DNA of 64,000 nt from the human T2T-CHM13v2.0 reference genome, Homo sapiens. This document shows, piece by piece, positions 1 through 15,039 of this stretch. The stretch lies in assembly GCF_009914755.1 (NCBI RefSeq), contig NC_060936.1; one strand, written 5' to 3'. The notes under the pieces are model-generated. The model saw only the letters and a program-made list of their open reading frames with translations, had not been told where the DNA came from and did not search any database. Each line of letters begins with the position of its first letter. Within the stretch, counting starts at the first letter, position 1. Made by a program: the position numbers and the translations under genes.

Positions 1-692
1 ACTTGAAAGCAGAAACAAACAAATGGTGTGTGTGTGTGTGCAACGTAAGAAAGTTTGATTTCCTATATAGAGAGTTTAGTATGCTGTGTAATGTGAGATC
101 ACATTGCTTAGTGTGTGATAGAAGCTTGGGTGTAATAGAAGCTTAGATATGATGGGAGCTGCTGTGGAATCCCCCTGCAGAGTCAAAGTCTGTCATGTTG
201 AAACTCCACACTGTCAAAAGCAATGGTATCTTGAAGTTTGTCTGATTTAATTATGTTGACAACTTCCTAGGAAAGACACCTTCAGAGCCTGATAGAGGCA
301 AGCAGGTGATGAGATGTCCGTTTTGTATGCTGTGCCCACCACATAGCATGATTGTAAATACTTAGTTCTCTTGAAATAACAACTGTGAAGGAGGAGTGCC
401 ATGGGGAGGTGAAACGGATGCAATGATCATTTAACTTTTTCTATGGTTCTTGGGCCTGAAAAGTAGGAACACCTCTATGTTCCTGGAAATTGAGAAAAAA
501 AAAATGTGAATCAGAAGAGATCATATATTCCGTATTGCGACTACTCTGAGTCATATCAGTAACACAAACATTTGATAATCATTTCTTAATTAAACTTCTG
601 AACATTTTTTGACATTTTATAAAACAATGCTTTTCCCAAACTAATTCTATTTTGAGCTATCAGAATGTATATCCTGTTTTCTTGCATTTTCA

Positions 693-707
693 CCACCAGA
701 TGGCAGT
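693..707 (+). promoter_or_regulatory. Candidate CTCF binding site (core motif)
   Basis: CCACCAGATGGCAGT fits the CTCF core consensus CCASYAGRKGGCRS at every position, in non-repetitive sequence. Motif only; no occupancy data. Confidence 0.55.
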
Positions 708-1744
708 GATAACCTATTCATTCATTTCTCTCTCTTTTTTTTTTTTTTTTAATCGTTCTCTTGTTTAATGTTATTCTAGAAATGAACCAGTAGCTCTAAA
801 TTAAAAGTGATGGCCAAAAATTCCCACTTTATTTTCTACGACAAGTCAGCATGCTAGAGTCACAGTTCCCTTGTGCAAAGAAGTGAACAAAACGTGCATG
901 GAGGGAAGCACAGGAAATATCGTGATTTTGTGTGAGAGCTGGAATGCCACTAAGTAATAAATGACTCTGGTAAATTGTAAAAGACTACCTTGGGTTGTGT
1001 ATATTAAAAGTATATAAATTTCCGTGTGTGTTTGTGTCAGAGAGAGAGAGGTCTTTGGGTTTGGGGTAGAGGTTGTATAAATGTGACTTCAAAATGTCGC
1101 CTGTCATAGGCTACCCTTGTCACATTCTAGGGTTAACCCTGTTAAGGGTGAAAAAGTGAAGTTATCAAAAAATGAAGTGGGCCCTTACACAGCACAGATG
1201 TACATGACCTCGGTCTTTACTCCACTTAATCACCACTTCCTTACTCAGTTTGTCTTAATATTGCTTATTTCATTTTTCAGATATTTTCTGCAAGAATAGT
1301 TTTCTTGTTTAACTATCCTGGATTTACAAATACATGTTTCAGCTTGGAAAACAAAATTTTTTGTTTAACTTTTTGTATTTCGTAGCAATAGCAATGAAAA
1401 TCTTCTAAAGATTGGGGGAAAAACCTATAATTTTTTTGGACACACTTCTTTAAACTTTGCTTGATGAGGCTGTTTTTAAATGAAACATTCACATGCAAAA
1501 TTCAAGAGACCGGGAAAAATAGTCTGAAATTGATAAAGTTGTTTGTCCATTGTATTTTTAGTCAGGATTATCTGGACCATTTTTTAACATCTTGGAGTCG
1601 TCAGTTGATCTGGTTTTAGTTTCAGCTGAAAAGGACAATTTTCTGTTCTCCTTCAGTTAACCAAGACGTGGTCACAGACCAGGCAACACAGGTTTTGTCA
1701 GTGAGATACCATGGAAAGGAAAAGAGGCCTTATAATTATAATCA

Positions 1745-1900
1745 ATAGGTCTGGGTTTGATGGTGTACTTTCAAAGACCACACATATGGCTGTGGGCATG
1801 TTTTTATCATGATCTATAAAATGGGGATAATAACGCCTATATGGGGTTCATTGAGATAAAGTCTATGATCTTTTGGCATGCACGCAATAGTCAATAGAGA
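1745..1900 (+). mobile_element. MIR fragment
   Basis: MIR core-like 'atctataaaatggggataataacgcctat...ggttcattgagataa'. Confidence 0.5.
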
Positions 1901-2896
1901 GTTTTCTTTCTCTCTCAGTTTACCCCCTGGATAAAAGTAGGTTGATTCTGGCTTAAGTTACAAAGAGGAAAAGCTGTGTCTTCCACATTTGTTTCTTCCA
2001 GAAGTTTACTCCATAACCATCCACTTCCATGCCTTTCTTTGGTCTGGAATTTTCCTGATGATAAGCTAATGGGGAAAATAATTTTTTATTCTTATGCTTT
2101 TTGCAGCCTTTTAAAACACATAATATGCATCTAGAAGTTAAGCTTCTTTACTTAATTGAATAAGAAACAACATTACAAATGAATGCAACATAGTGAAGAT
2201 TAAATAAGGTAATTAACAGGTCGGTGCTTTGAAACGTTTATTCTGTTATAGGATTGGAAGGATGTAAGAGCATGCTTTAATATAGAAGGTTTCTAAAAGC
2301 CTATGTCTTAAAGGGGCCTCTAAGATCCATCTCCACTAAAGAGCTTCCAACTCTGATATATATTTCTGATATATATTTCTGAGCAGATATGGTAATTGGC
2401 CTTTATGTTCTGGAATGACACAGATTTCCAAAGGCAGGCAACATTCAGTCTTTCCTACAGTTTCGGCATTGACTGATTGATATTTTATTTTCAAATAGCT
2501 TTATACTTTATTTTTGAAATAGAGGATAATGTTCCTATGGAATCTTGGCATCCTGAAGGAATAACTTGTGTTTTAAAAATTTGCTTGGGGACATTGTGGT
2601 GTTTAGGAACTCAAAAACCACATGGCACTTTGACAAACCTGTGCAATCAAACCATATTTGTTCAATGAAAGCTTTGGGTTGCCTTATTCTAGAATGTTGA
2701 ATGCTCAATAGCTTCCTGACTTTGATGTGGTGAAGTTGGAGAATTTTTCATGTGGGGAATAGTAATCACTTTCTATCTTGCAATGGTGGTACAGGAATTT
2801 GTTTTTATGGGAGATGTTCCCTTTCATCCAGGAGTTTCCCAATGCTAATGTTGGATGAGAAGCTCTGAAATCCAGTGAAGGAACCAAAATGCAGTA

Positions 2897-3232
2897 CAGT
2901 TCTTCCCTAGTAGCTAAAGGGGGTTGGTTCCAGTACCCTCCACCCCTTGTGGATAACAAAATCTGTGGATGCTCAAGTCCCTTATACAAAATGGCATAGT
3001 ATTTGCATACAACTGTGCACATCCTCTTGTATATTTTAAATCATCTCTAGATTACTTATAATACTTAATATCATGTAAATGATGTATACATAGTTGTTAT
3101 ACTATGTTGTTTTAAAAATTTGTATTATTTTATTATTGTATTGTTATTTTTTATATTTTTGTCCACAATATTTTCAATCTGAGGTTGGTTGAATCTGAGA
3201 CATTGGAACCCATGGCTATGGAGGATTGACTG
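2897..3232. mobile_element. MER2 (TcMar-Tigger non-autonomous DNA transposon)
   Basis: CAGT...ACTG termini flanked by TA on both sides; internal 'ggatgctcaagtcccttatacaaaatggcatagtatttgcata...aatcatctctagattacttataatac' typical of MER2. Confidence 0.85.
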
Positions 3233-3699
3233 TACCTTCAGACTGAAGCATTAAGTGTACTATTTAGTAATAGTAATTGTATCTATTGGCTGAACTTTGT
3301 TTCTGCAAAGTTAGAAATCCTCCCTACCCCATATTTTGATTTATGTAGCCTAAGGCCTCTTTGTTTTAGATAGGTGTGTAGATGCTTCCCTCCCCCAAGA
3401 ATTTATTCACAGGAGATGGGAAGCTGAGACTCTGTTATCACTGACGGATGCAAAGACTGTTCATCATTTTATGAGGGAAGCCAGAGAAATGAGATGGACT
3501 GGGCTTAGTGGAAAAGAACCTTAACATTTGTCCTTCGCAAGGAGTTACGTGCAATTGACATTTGTGATTGTCTTGTCGGGAGCATGTAGCCAGAGACTCC
3601 TGTGGGAAGAGATGCGCAAGAGAGAAAATATTGATAGATATGAATGTAGACACACATATACATATACCATAGGCATATCTGTATGTACATACAAAATAG

Positions 3700-4400
3700 T
3701 TTATCAGATCTTACTGATATATTTCCAATTAAAATTAGGGAAAGAGATGTGTGTGTCAGGGATTGTTTTTACTTTAACTACAACTACTTTCTTCTGTATC
3801 AAGAATCTTGGTTCCCATGAATGCAGGAGATAATAAAATTAGAATTTCCCGTAATTATTACTTTATCCCATGTTATAAACAGAATAGTCTTAAAATAACC
3901 ATACCAAAATCTCCACCATGAAAAATTACTGAGAATTGTTCAAATATATTTTGCATATTCTACACATTATGTCAATTTTTTATAACTTCACTACTTTGCT
4001 TAAATATAAAACCATTATATATTATACTCTCTTCCTTTAATCTTCACTTCATCTGGCTCTACAAGTAACTATATGTTTAATACTCCTCTTCAGTCCTCAT
4101 ACCGATAATTTTCTATTCATTTTGGTTGTCTAAAGTACCTACCATAGTAGATTCCTAAGGAGGAAAATAGAAACAACATTCCTTCAGTTTTTGCATGCTG
4201 ATAAAAATTCATGTGTGCCCTTTATACTTGAAGGTAAATTTTGTTGGACATAAAATCCACGGCATACATACATATGTATGTATCTTCAAGTTTATTCTAC
4301 TTTTTTCTGGGATAATACATTGCTGTCCAGAAGTCTGATGATAATATAATTTTCTTTCCCTTATGTCATTTTGTCTTTTTTGTACATTGATGTTTTGTGT
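3700..4400 (-). mobile_element. Old L1M (L1MC4-like) fragment
   Basis: Degenerate antisense L1 motifs ('tcaagaatcttggttccca', 'tttatacttgaaggtaaattttgttggacataaaatcc', 'agaagtctgatg'). Confidence 0.5.
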
Positions 4401-4502
4401 GGACATAAACTGCACATGTTTAAAAGGTATGTGGTAGGCAGCATTCTACGATAGTCCCCCAAATTTCTACTCCTGAGAGTGTACACCCTGTATAATCCTC
4501 TC

Positions 4503-4640
4503 TGTTATGGACCGAATGTTTGTGGCCCTCCTGTTCCAATTCAAACATTGAAGCCCTAACCCCCAATGTGATAATATTTGGAGACAGAGCCTCTGGGAGA
4601 TAATTAGGATTAGATTAGGTTATGAGGGTAGGGCCTTTAT
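4503..4640 (+). mobile_element. MLT1A-like LTR, 5' part only
   Basis: 'tgttatggaccgaatgtttgtg...gaagccctaacccccaatgtgat...ttaggattagattaggttatgagggtagggcc'. Confidence 0.75.
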
Positions 4641-4887
4641 GCAATGCCACGATCTCGGCTCACCACAACCTCCGCCTCCTGGGTTAAGCGATTCTCCTGC
4701 CTCAGCCTCCCGAGTAGCTGGGATTACAGGCATGCAGCACCACACCTGGCTGATTTTTTTGTATTTTTAGTAGAGACGGGGTTTCTCCATGTTGGTCAGG
4801 CTAGTCTCGAACTCCCGACCTCAGGTGATCTGCATGCCCCAGCCTCCCAAAGTACTGGGATTACAGGCGTGAGCCACTGCACGCCTG
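4640..4887 (-). mobile_element. AluS (Sp/Sq-like), lacking 3' end and poly(A)
   Basis: Antisense Alu from 'tgcaatgccacgatctcggctcac' to 'gtgagccactgcacgcctg'; no poly(T) tract. Confidence 0.9.
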
Positions 4888-6032
4888 TAAGGTGGGTTTT
4901 TGATGAAGTCAATTTCCATGTTGTGAGATGGCTACGTGACAAGAACCTGGGGGCAAGCTCTAGGAACTGGAGAATCCCTAGCCAGCAGCCAGCAAGATAA
5001 TGGGGATCTTAGTCCTACAACCACAAGTCATTGAATTCTGAGACCCCTAAGTCTCAGATGTGATCACAGCCCTGGCTGACACCTTGATTTCAGTCTAGTG
5101 AGATCCCAAGTACAGGATCCAGTTAGCTCATGCTTGTATTTCTGGCCCACAGAAATGGTAAGATGATAGGTTAGTTTTAAGTCACTAGGTTTGCAATAAT
5201 TTGTTATGCAGTAATAAAAAACTAATACAGGGTGCAATTTGATAAGTTTTGATATATGCATATGTATAGAAAACCATAAACAAAATTCAGATAATAAACA
5301 TACTTATTACTCCCTTAGATTTCTTCATGTTCTTTTATAGTCCCTCATTCCAGTCCCACCTCAACCTACCATATTTCCAGGAAAGTATTGATCTGATTTC
5401 CTTCACTGTAAATTAGTTTGTATTTTCTAGTCTTTTTTATAAATGGAATCATACAGTATGTATTTGTTTGGCTTTTCTCTTAAAGAATAGTATTTTGACA
5501 CTTATCTGTGTTATTATGTATACCAGTAGTTCATTCCTTTTTATAGCCGATTAGTATTCAATTGTCTCTATTTACCAAACTTTATTAATTCATTCAACTG
5601 TTGATGCACATTTGTGTTGTTTCCAGTTCTCAGTGATAACAAATAAAGATGCTACAAACATTTGTGTATACATTTTTTAGACATGTACTTTCAATTCTCT
5701 TGGGTAAAGACCTAGAAATGCAATGTCTTCATCATATGATAGATGTGTATTTCAATTTTTTAAGTGCCTAAATTTTTTTTCAAAGTGGTTTTACAGCTTC
5801 ATATTGTCAGCAAAAGTTAATGAGAGTTCCAGATGCTCCACTTCCTTGCCAACACTTGACATGATTAGTTTTTTTAAATTTTAGGTATTTTAATAGGTGT
5901 GTAATGTTATCCCAGCATGACTTTAATCTCTATGACCCTAATGGGTAGTAATATTGATCACTATTTTATGTGTTTATTTGACATATGTATATCTTCTTTT
6001 TGGTGACGTATCTCTTCACATATTTTGCCCAT

Positions 6033-7545
<1,513 letters not shown>

Positions 7546-7636
7546 ATATTTTGCCCATATTTTAAATTGGGTTATTTATATTTTTATTACTGGGTTTTGA
7601 TAATTTTTAAATATATACTAAATAAAGATTATGTGA

Positions 7637-7727
7637 TTTTCTTTCTTTCTTTTTTTTGAGACAGAGTCTTGCTCTGTAGCCCAGGCTAGAGTATAGTGGC
7701 GCAATCTCGGCTCACTGCTACCTCCGC
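7637..7727 (-). mobile_element. 5'-truncated Alu (right-arm 3' end)
   Basis: poly(T) then 'gagacagagtcttgctctgtagcccaggct...ctcggctcactgc'. Confidence 0.85.
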
Positions 7728-7995
7728 AGGTTAGCAGTGATAATAAAAAGTATCCTCTCTATGAAACGATATTTCAAAGAACAGAAGTTTTTAATTTTGA
7801 TGAAGTCCAATTTATCAATTTGTTCTTTTGTGTATTGTACACTTGATATCATATCAAATAAATTATTAACTAATCCAAAGTTACAAATATTTTTCTCCTA
7901 TTTTTTTCATAGAAGTTTTAGGTTTTGCATTTAGCTCTGTGATCCATTTTGAGTTAATTTTTTACATGGTGCAAAATATGTATTGAAGTTCATTT

Positions 7996-8402
7996 TTAAG
8001 TTAATACGTAATATCTGTACATAATTATGAGGTACATGTGATACTTTGTTACATGCATATAAAGTCTAATAATCAAGTCAGGGTATTTGGGATATCCATC
8101 ACCTCAAGTATTTATCATTTCTACATGTAGGAAACATTCCAAGCTGTCTCTTCTAGGTTATTTTGAAATATACAATATATTGTTGTTAACTGTAGTCACT
8201 CTACTTTGTTATCAAACATTACGATTCATTCCTTTTATCTGTCTGTACCCATTAACCAACTTTTCTTCGTTGATCCCCTCAACCCCTGCACAACACACAC
8301 ACTCTTCCCAGCCTCTGGGATTATTCTACTATTTATCTCCATGAGATCTACTTTTATAGCTCCTACATATAAGTCAGAATATGTGATGTTTGTCTTTCTG
8401 TG
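7996..8402 (-). mobile_element. L1MA 3'UTR fragment
   Basis: 'gtacatgtgatactttgttacatgcat...aatcaagtcagggtatttgggatatccatcacctcaagtatttatcattt'. Confidence 0.75.
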
Positions 8403-8404
8403 TC

Positions 8405-8660
8405 TCTTCCTCTGAGAGCTGGTTGTTAAAAAGAGCCTGGAACTTCCCTCCCTGCATCTTGCTTCCTCTCTTGCCATGTGATCTCTGCACACACCAGCTG
8501 CCCTTTACCTTCCACCACGAGTGGAAGCAGCCTGAAGCCCTCACCACAAGCAGATGCTGGTGCCATGCGTCTTGTACAACCCACAGAATTGTGAGCCAAG
8601 TAAAACTCTTCTTTGTAAATTACCCAGGGTCTTTATAGCAACACTAAATGGACTAAGACA
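8405..8660 (+). mobile_element. MSTB-like MaLR LTR, 3' half
   Basis: 'gagtggaagcagcctgaagccctcacc...agcagatgctggtgccatg...gcaacactaaatggactaagaca'. Confidence 0.8.
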
Positions 8661-9200
8661 CTACCCCTTTGAGGTAAAATTGTCCCCACTACTCCTAACT
8701 CTGAACTGATCTGTTCTTCATCTCTGTAGTTTTCTCTTTACCAGAATTTCAAATGGATGTAATCTTAGTATGCAATCTGAGACTGACTTCTTTCACCTAG
8801 CGTAATGCATTTGGGATTTATCTATGTTGTTTTGTGTATCAATAGTTTGTTCCTTTTATTGGGGAGGAGTATTCCATTATATGGATGTACCAGTTTGCTT
8901 ATGCATTCACTCCTTGAGAGAGATTTTGGTTGATTCCAGTTTTGAGTAATTTTGAGTAATGCTGCTACAAACATTTTTGTGCATGTTTTTGTCTAAACAT
9001 AAGTTTTTATTTCTCTAGTGAAAATACTTAGGAGTGAGATTTCTGGATCTCATCACATGTGCATGACTTTATGAGAAACCGCCAAACTGTACCATCTTGC
9101 TTTCCCAGCAACATGCATTAGAGTTCTGGCTACTCTATATCCTCACCAGCACTTGGTGTGGTCAACTTTTTTCAACAGTCATTCTAATAGATTTGAATAG
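8661..9200 (-). mobile_element. Old L1M (L1MD/ME-like) 3' fragment
   Basis: 'gactgacttctttcacctagcgtaatgcatttggga...gagtattccattatatggatgtacca'. Confidence 0.6.
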
Positions 9201-9371
9201 TTTATTTTTTAAAATTACATTTTCTGATAGTTGTTTGTTAGTGCATAAGAATATAATTTAAAAACATAAAATAAGAGTATTTTTTACAAGTGTTAAAAAT
9301 TAAAATATATATACTGAAAGCATATTTATTATGACACCTTGATGAATTAAACACATCCTTGTAGCTAGTAA

Positions 9372-9712
<341 letters not shown>

Positions 9713-10823
9713 ACGTAAAAACCTCTTCTATGCTCCCTTTCATTCATTACCTATCCTTCCAAATCTATTTTAACTTTGAATAACGTTGATTAACTTTGCT
9801 TTTTTCTATGTAATATAAATGAAATCATGCAGTTTATGGTCTCAAGCCCACTGGTATTTTCTCTTACCCCTCTTAGAATGTTGGTCAGAAGGAAATAACC
9901 CAGGAGAATGAAAGCATTAAGATAAATTGCCATTGATAGTATTTTATTTTACATATGTATTTATAGTTATTAAGTGCATACCCTACATATTGTGCACATC
10001 CATTAAGATAGTGATAAGTGTTGTGCTACTGAAATATCGAAAGAGGAAGCAGATTATGGGGCTTAATATTGCCAAGGCTTTCTTTTTAATCTTCATTTCT
10101 TTAATAGTGATTTTTATTGTGCAACATGACCATGGCATAATTATGTTTCATAATTTATTTGGTTTATTGTGTGCTTTTTACAGGTTTTTTTCCAGTAAAA
10201 AATGTATTTTTCCCCTTTTGGGAAGTGTAGGGTAGAGGAATCCATTCCCTCATCACCTGAAGCTCCCGTATTCCCATCATATGTGGCCTCCGTGCATCAG
10301 CAGCTGCCGCATTTCCCACAATGGAGGTGGAAAAGAGAGATTAGGCAGCTTTTTAATTTCCATGTGGAGTTTTCTCCAGAGAAGTGCTACCATACCTGTT
10401 CTTTCCATTACTTTTGTTTTGTGTCAGAATGGCAGAAGCCTATGTTTGCTGTTATGAAATAAATAAGTTCCAGTTCATCACATGCTCTTGAATTAATCTG
10501 AATTAGACCATATGAACTCAACTTAGTAAGTCTATGCAAATTTAGCAACACATAATACCTAAAACTTTACTGCTGTATTTTTTTCTTCAGGAATTGCTGA
10601 TAATAGGCTGTAATTTTACCTGACTTCCTTTGTATTTAGTAACTCATACACACATACACATTCACATAAGACTTACAGGCATAGGTAAGTTACCATTTGT
10701 GTAAGTTTTATCCTTCATCTATTCCATATTTTATGATAGTCTTGGCCAGAACAAATAGTAATTATATTTTAAGAAACCAGTACTCATATTTAACAAAGGC
10801 GTCTGCTAATCATATCTTTATAG

Positions 10824-11256
<433 letters not shown>

Positions 11257-11494
11257 TAACTAGGGAAAATATTTAAAAGATGGGAGGGCCTGGGGATATG
11301 TAATTAATAGTTCTGTGGGAAAAAAATAAATTTTAGTCTTCAAAATTCTTTTTTCTACCTGAAAAAGCACATCTAGGAAGACATGACATTTTGCATGAAT
11401 GGAATCATTACCAACTGCTATAATAGCCAGGGGCAGGGTCTTTTCTCCTCTGGATCTGCATTTTGAAATTTGCACTAGCAGAATTGCAGAGTGA

Positions 11495-11720
11495 TGAATT
11501 GAACACAGGGATTCTGAGCCAGATTGCGTGGAGTTTGAATCCCAGCTACATTGCTTGACCACTAGCTTTATAATCAGTGTACTTTTTCTTTGTCTTCTCA
11601 GTTACAAAACTGGGGTAATATTAGGACTTATTTCATGGAAATTTTAGATGGATTAAATGTATTTATACATGTAAAGTGTCAAAAAATGCCTGGCTCTATA
11701 CATGTTGACCATTATTATTG
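11495..11720 (+). mobile_element. MIR
   Basis: 'ctgagccagattgc...gtttgaatcccagct...aaaactggggtaatatt...gattaaatg...atgtaaagtg...tgcctggc'. Confidence 0.65.
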
Positions 11721-14700
11721 AATTACTGAATTAAAACATTAAATAGACATTTATAATGCAGTTCATCTTCTACATCGCATTTTTGTTATTAGCCTGATAA
11801 TTCATAGTGTTTTGGAACTAAAAAAGAACTTTGGAAATGATCTGTTTCAATTGTCTTAGTTAAACTTGTGGAAACTAAAGTTGAAGAAGGTCAAATTATT
11901 TGTTTTAATTGTCCAACTTGCTAGTAATAAAGCTAGGATGTTAACCAAAGCCTCTTAGTCTGTATTGTTTGAGAGGAATTGGGTAGTCTAATTATAACTG
12001 AATTTACAATGTAAATATTATAGTAATTTAAAGTAGGCAGTCAGAAACCTTAAGGGCAATTCGTCGTCCACTGAAATGAACTTTCCCCCTAATTACTCAT
12101 TTCTTGTTTTCCAGATTACACATGGCATTACATTAGCTATTTATTTTAATGGTTACGGGTGCTTTAAAATATTTAGTTTCTTCTTGCATGATTTTTTATT
12201 TTTCATTGAATGCTGCTAATGCTTTTTGTTTGCCCACAAGCTCAGAGGAACAAACTTCAAAGCCTAGCTAAAGGGCTTTGTGTTTCTTAGGTAGTTTGAG
12301 ATACCATCTGAACCCTTCCTCAACTTTTTTTTGCTTCTTTCAAAAAAAATAAATGCTAGCCAAAGGCTCCAATCAGATAGGTCCATGGGAGGGCAAGTGG
12401 AGTGACAGCTTTCCTCTAATGTGACCAAAGTAGACAAACTGGCTATTTTAGGCTCCAAATGTAAATGTCTTATTTGTGCCTGTTAGAACTATTTTAATCC
12501 ATGGTTAATATATTCATAACATAACATTCATGCTGCTGTTCTACAAATGTCACTTTCCTAGGAGAAGCAGCTATTCTCACAAGTGATAAAGAGAAAGAAA
12601 AAAACAGAAATGGTATGCTATACCATCCTTTCAAAACATGTCTTGATTGTGTGGTGGTTGTGGGGGGCTGGGAGAGAGAGAGAGAGAGCCAAGTCCCCAT
12701 TTTCTTCAAAAACAAATTAAGTGTTAAAAATTCATTACACTTTTATTACCAGTTTCTTAAGTGTCAGACCCTTTGGTTGGCATTCAGGATGCAGCAGTGA
12801 CTAAGACAACGTGCCATAGCCATTAAGTGTTGGGACCAGGATTTAACCCAAGCCAGCTACCTCCAGGGTTGACTCTCTTAATCACTACCTCTCAAAACTT
12901 TCCTCTACAGGAAACTATCATTATTTTTTGATTAATGGTGAGAGAAAAAGTTGTAGGATTGATTTCCCACAAACTCTTAGCCTAAAAGTAACAAACATTG
13001 ATATCTGGAGGTTACATCTTTGATTATTCAAAACATCTCAATGAAATTTAAAAACAGTGTTAAAGTATAGCTGTTTTCTAGTAAGTTGTTTTTGGTCATG
13101 TCTCAATTTCCACACGTCTTTCTGATAGGCAAGCCAATGTGCTTATTTTCTATTTTTTATGATATTAAATAGATCTTTCTAAGCACTTATTTGCAAAATG
13201 CTTAACTATTTTTAATCTCAGGCAAGTCCCAGCTCTTTTCTATTGAAGGAAGACAGAGCCAAATGCTTAAGAGGGTGCTGCTGGAATGGGTGACCCTGTC
13301 TTGAGGACTTTGCCATGACAGCTGTCTCGTCTCTGCCAAGTGGCTTAATTTCTCTATGCTTCCAGTTTTTGCATCTGTAAAATATTATGTTTCTCCTAGA
13401 TATATTATTTACCTGCAATTATTATTTATCTTATAAATAAAGTATTGTTTACTTCAACTCTTAGGCTAGCTTGCATTCAAATGTCAGGTATTATTTCTGT
13501 AAAGTGAGAGTGGCAGGCCAAGAGCTCTCCTGGTCTAGAAACTCTGAGCCCAGAGACACTAGACTTTTCCCCTGCGGCCTATAGTGTACCTGACACTATT
13601 TGGAATTTGTATGGAATCAGCTGGCATCTTCTATTTTTGAACATTCTGGATAGTCCTCCTGAGCAGCAATCTTCTCAGCTTGCTCAGGACTGGTTGTGCC
13701 TCTTTGATTTTGAACACTGTCTTCATATTGCAGATAATGAAAGTGAAAACCCTGTGAGGTTAAGTATGATGTGCCATTTCCCTCAGAGAATTATCAGGAT
13801 AGCTGAAGTTCTAGTCACCTACTCTTCACTCTGTACTCTTCCTGGCACACTGCCTTACTTCTTTATTAAAAGGCTCAGGGAGAACAAGCCATTTCTGTAG
13901 CACACTTACAACATTTTTGGGAGCGGCTCCATAAATCTCTCTAGTGTGTAACAATGGGATAATAAAACTCCGGGATTTGGAATTTACTGTGGTTCTCATC
14001 TTCTCTCCAGGCCTTTGTGACTTAGGAAGTCCATATGCTAAAATCTCAGAAAGGGTGATTCAGAGAGACCTCCTTTAATTTGGAGCTTGCTGGTGACCTC
14101 CTATTTATTTGCTTCCTCTTATTTTTTTTTCCAAACTAAGGTTTTTCACAGGACTTCATATAATTTTTCCAGCTTTTCTGGTATAAACCATCTGTGGTCA
14201 CTTTGCAGAGTCTCTTTAGGTCATGGGAAAGTTCTGTCTTTCCTGCATAGCACATATATGAGCCCTGCTCACCACAGCCACTGTTAGTGGACAGTTCTAT
14301 TTGTCCCTAAGGAGTTGAGATGTAGTCACAATGACAAAATGTTGCCTATCTACAATTGTGATAAAGTTTAGAATGCTCATACACTTAATTAACTCATTGG
14401 TCACTGTTAAAAATGAGTTTTACCTCTTTTCTCAGAGAGGCAAGCTATTATAGAATCTCTGCAAGAAAATGACAGTTGTAAATACTCTGATGTGTTAGTA
14501 CAGTAGTACCTTTATGTTGGTTTTCCAGATACCTTTTAACTTTAAAATACCCATCAAAAGCGTACAAACATGTGATATATTGCCAGACATGCTTTGTCAT
14601 TGTCTTCAGGATGTGTCATGTCCTGTCCTATCTGCTCTCAAGTCTTGATCACTTACCTGTTCTTATCAGACTAACTTCCTTCAAGACTCAGCCCCCTTGA

Positions 14701-15039
14701 CTACTCTAATCCACAATGCCTCAGATTTCCAAAATACAAATTATTCCATGGGCTGATATTTGAATATACCTTGTCATCTACATGTGATTTGTCTTTCATG
14801 TGTATGCACATTTGTGAGTGGAACTATAAGCTTCTTGAAGATGGGGACTATCTCCTGCAATTCTCCTGAAGATCAGACATATGCATGGTTACTGCATGCA
14901 CATGTTATTTTAAATAATAATTTCTAAAAATAACAATACATACCCCTTGCAGTTATTCTAAGAAATCCCAAGACAATAAGGCAAATCTGAATGATCAAAA
15001 GATTGCAAACAATGTATTTGCCTATTTTCTGTTTTTTTT

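Larger units (their letters stand above)
4430..5229 (+). mobile_element. MLT1E-like MaLR LTR, interrupted by an MLT1A fragment and an Alu
   Basis: Starts 'tgtggtaggcagcattct'; resumes after the Alu with 'ggctgacaccttgatttcag'; ends 'ttgttatgcagtaataaaaaactaataca'. Confidence 0.75.

Noticed and set aside
2352-2382. 13-bp tandem duplication (ctgatatatattt), with similar ones near 8940 and 42510
   Set aside because: Common slippage duplications; no spacers, so not CRISPR-like or otherwise structured.
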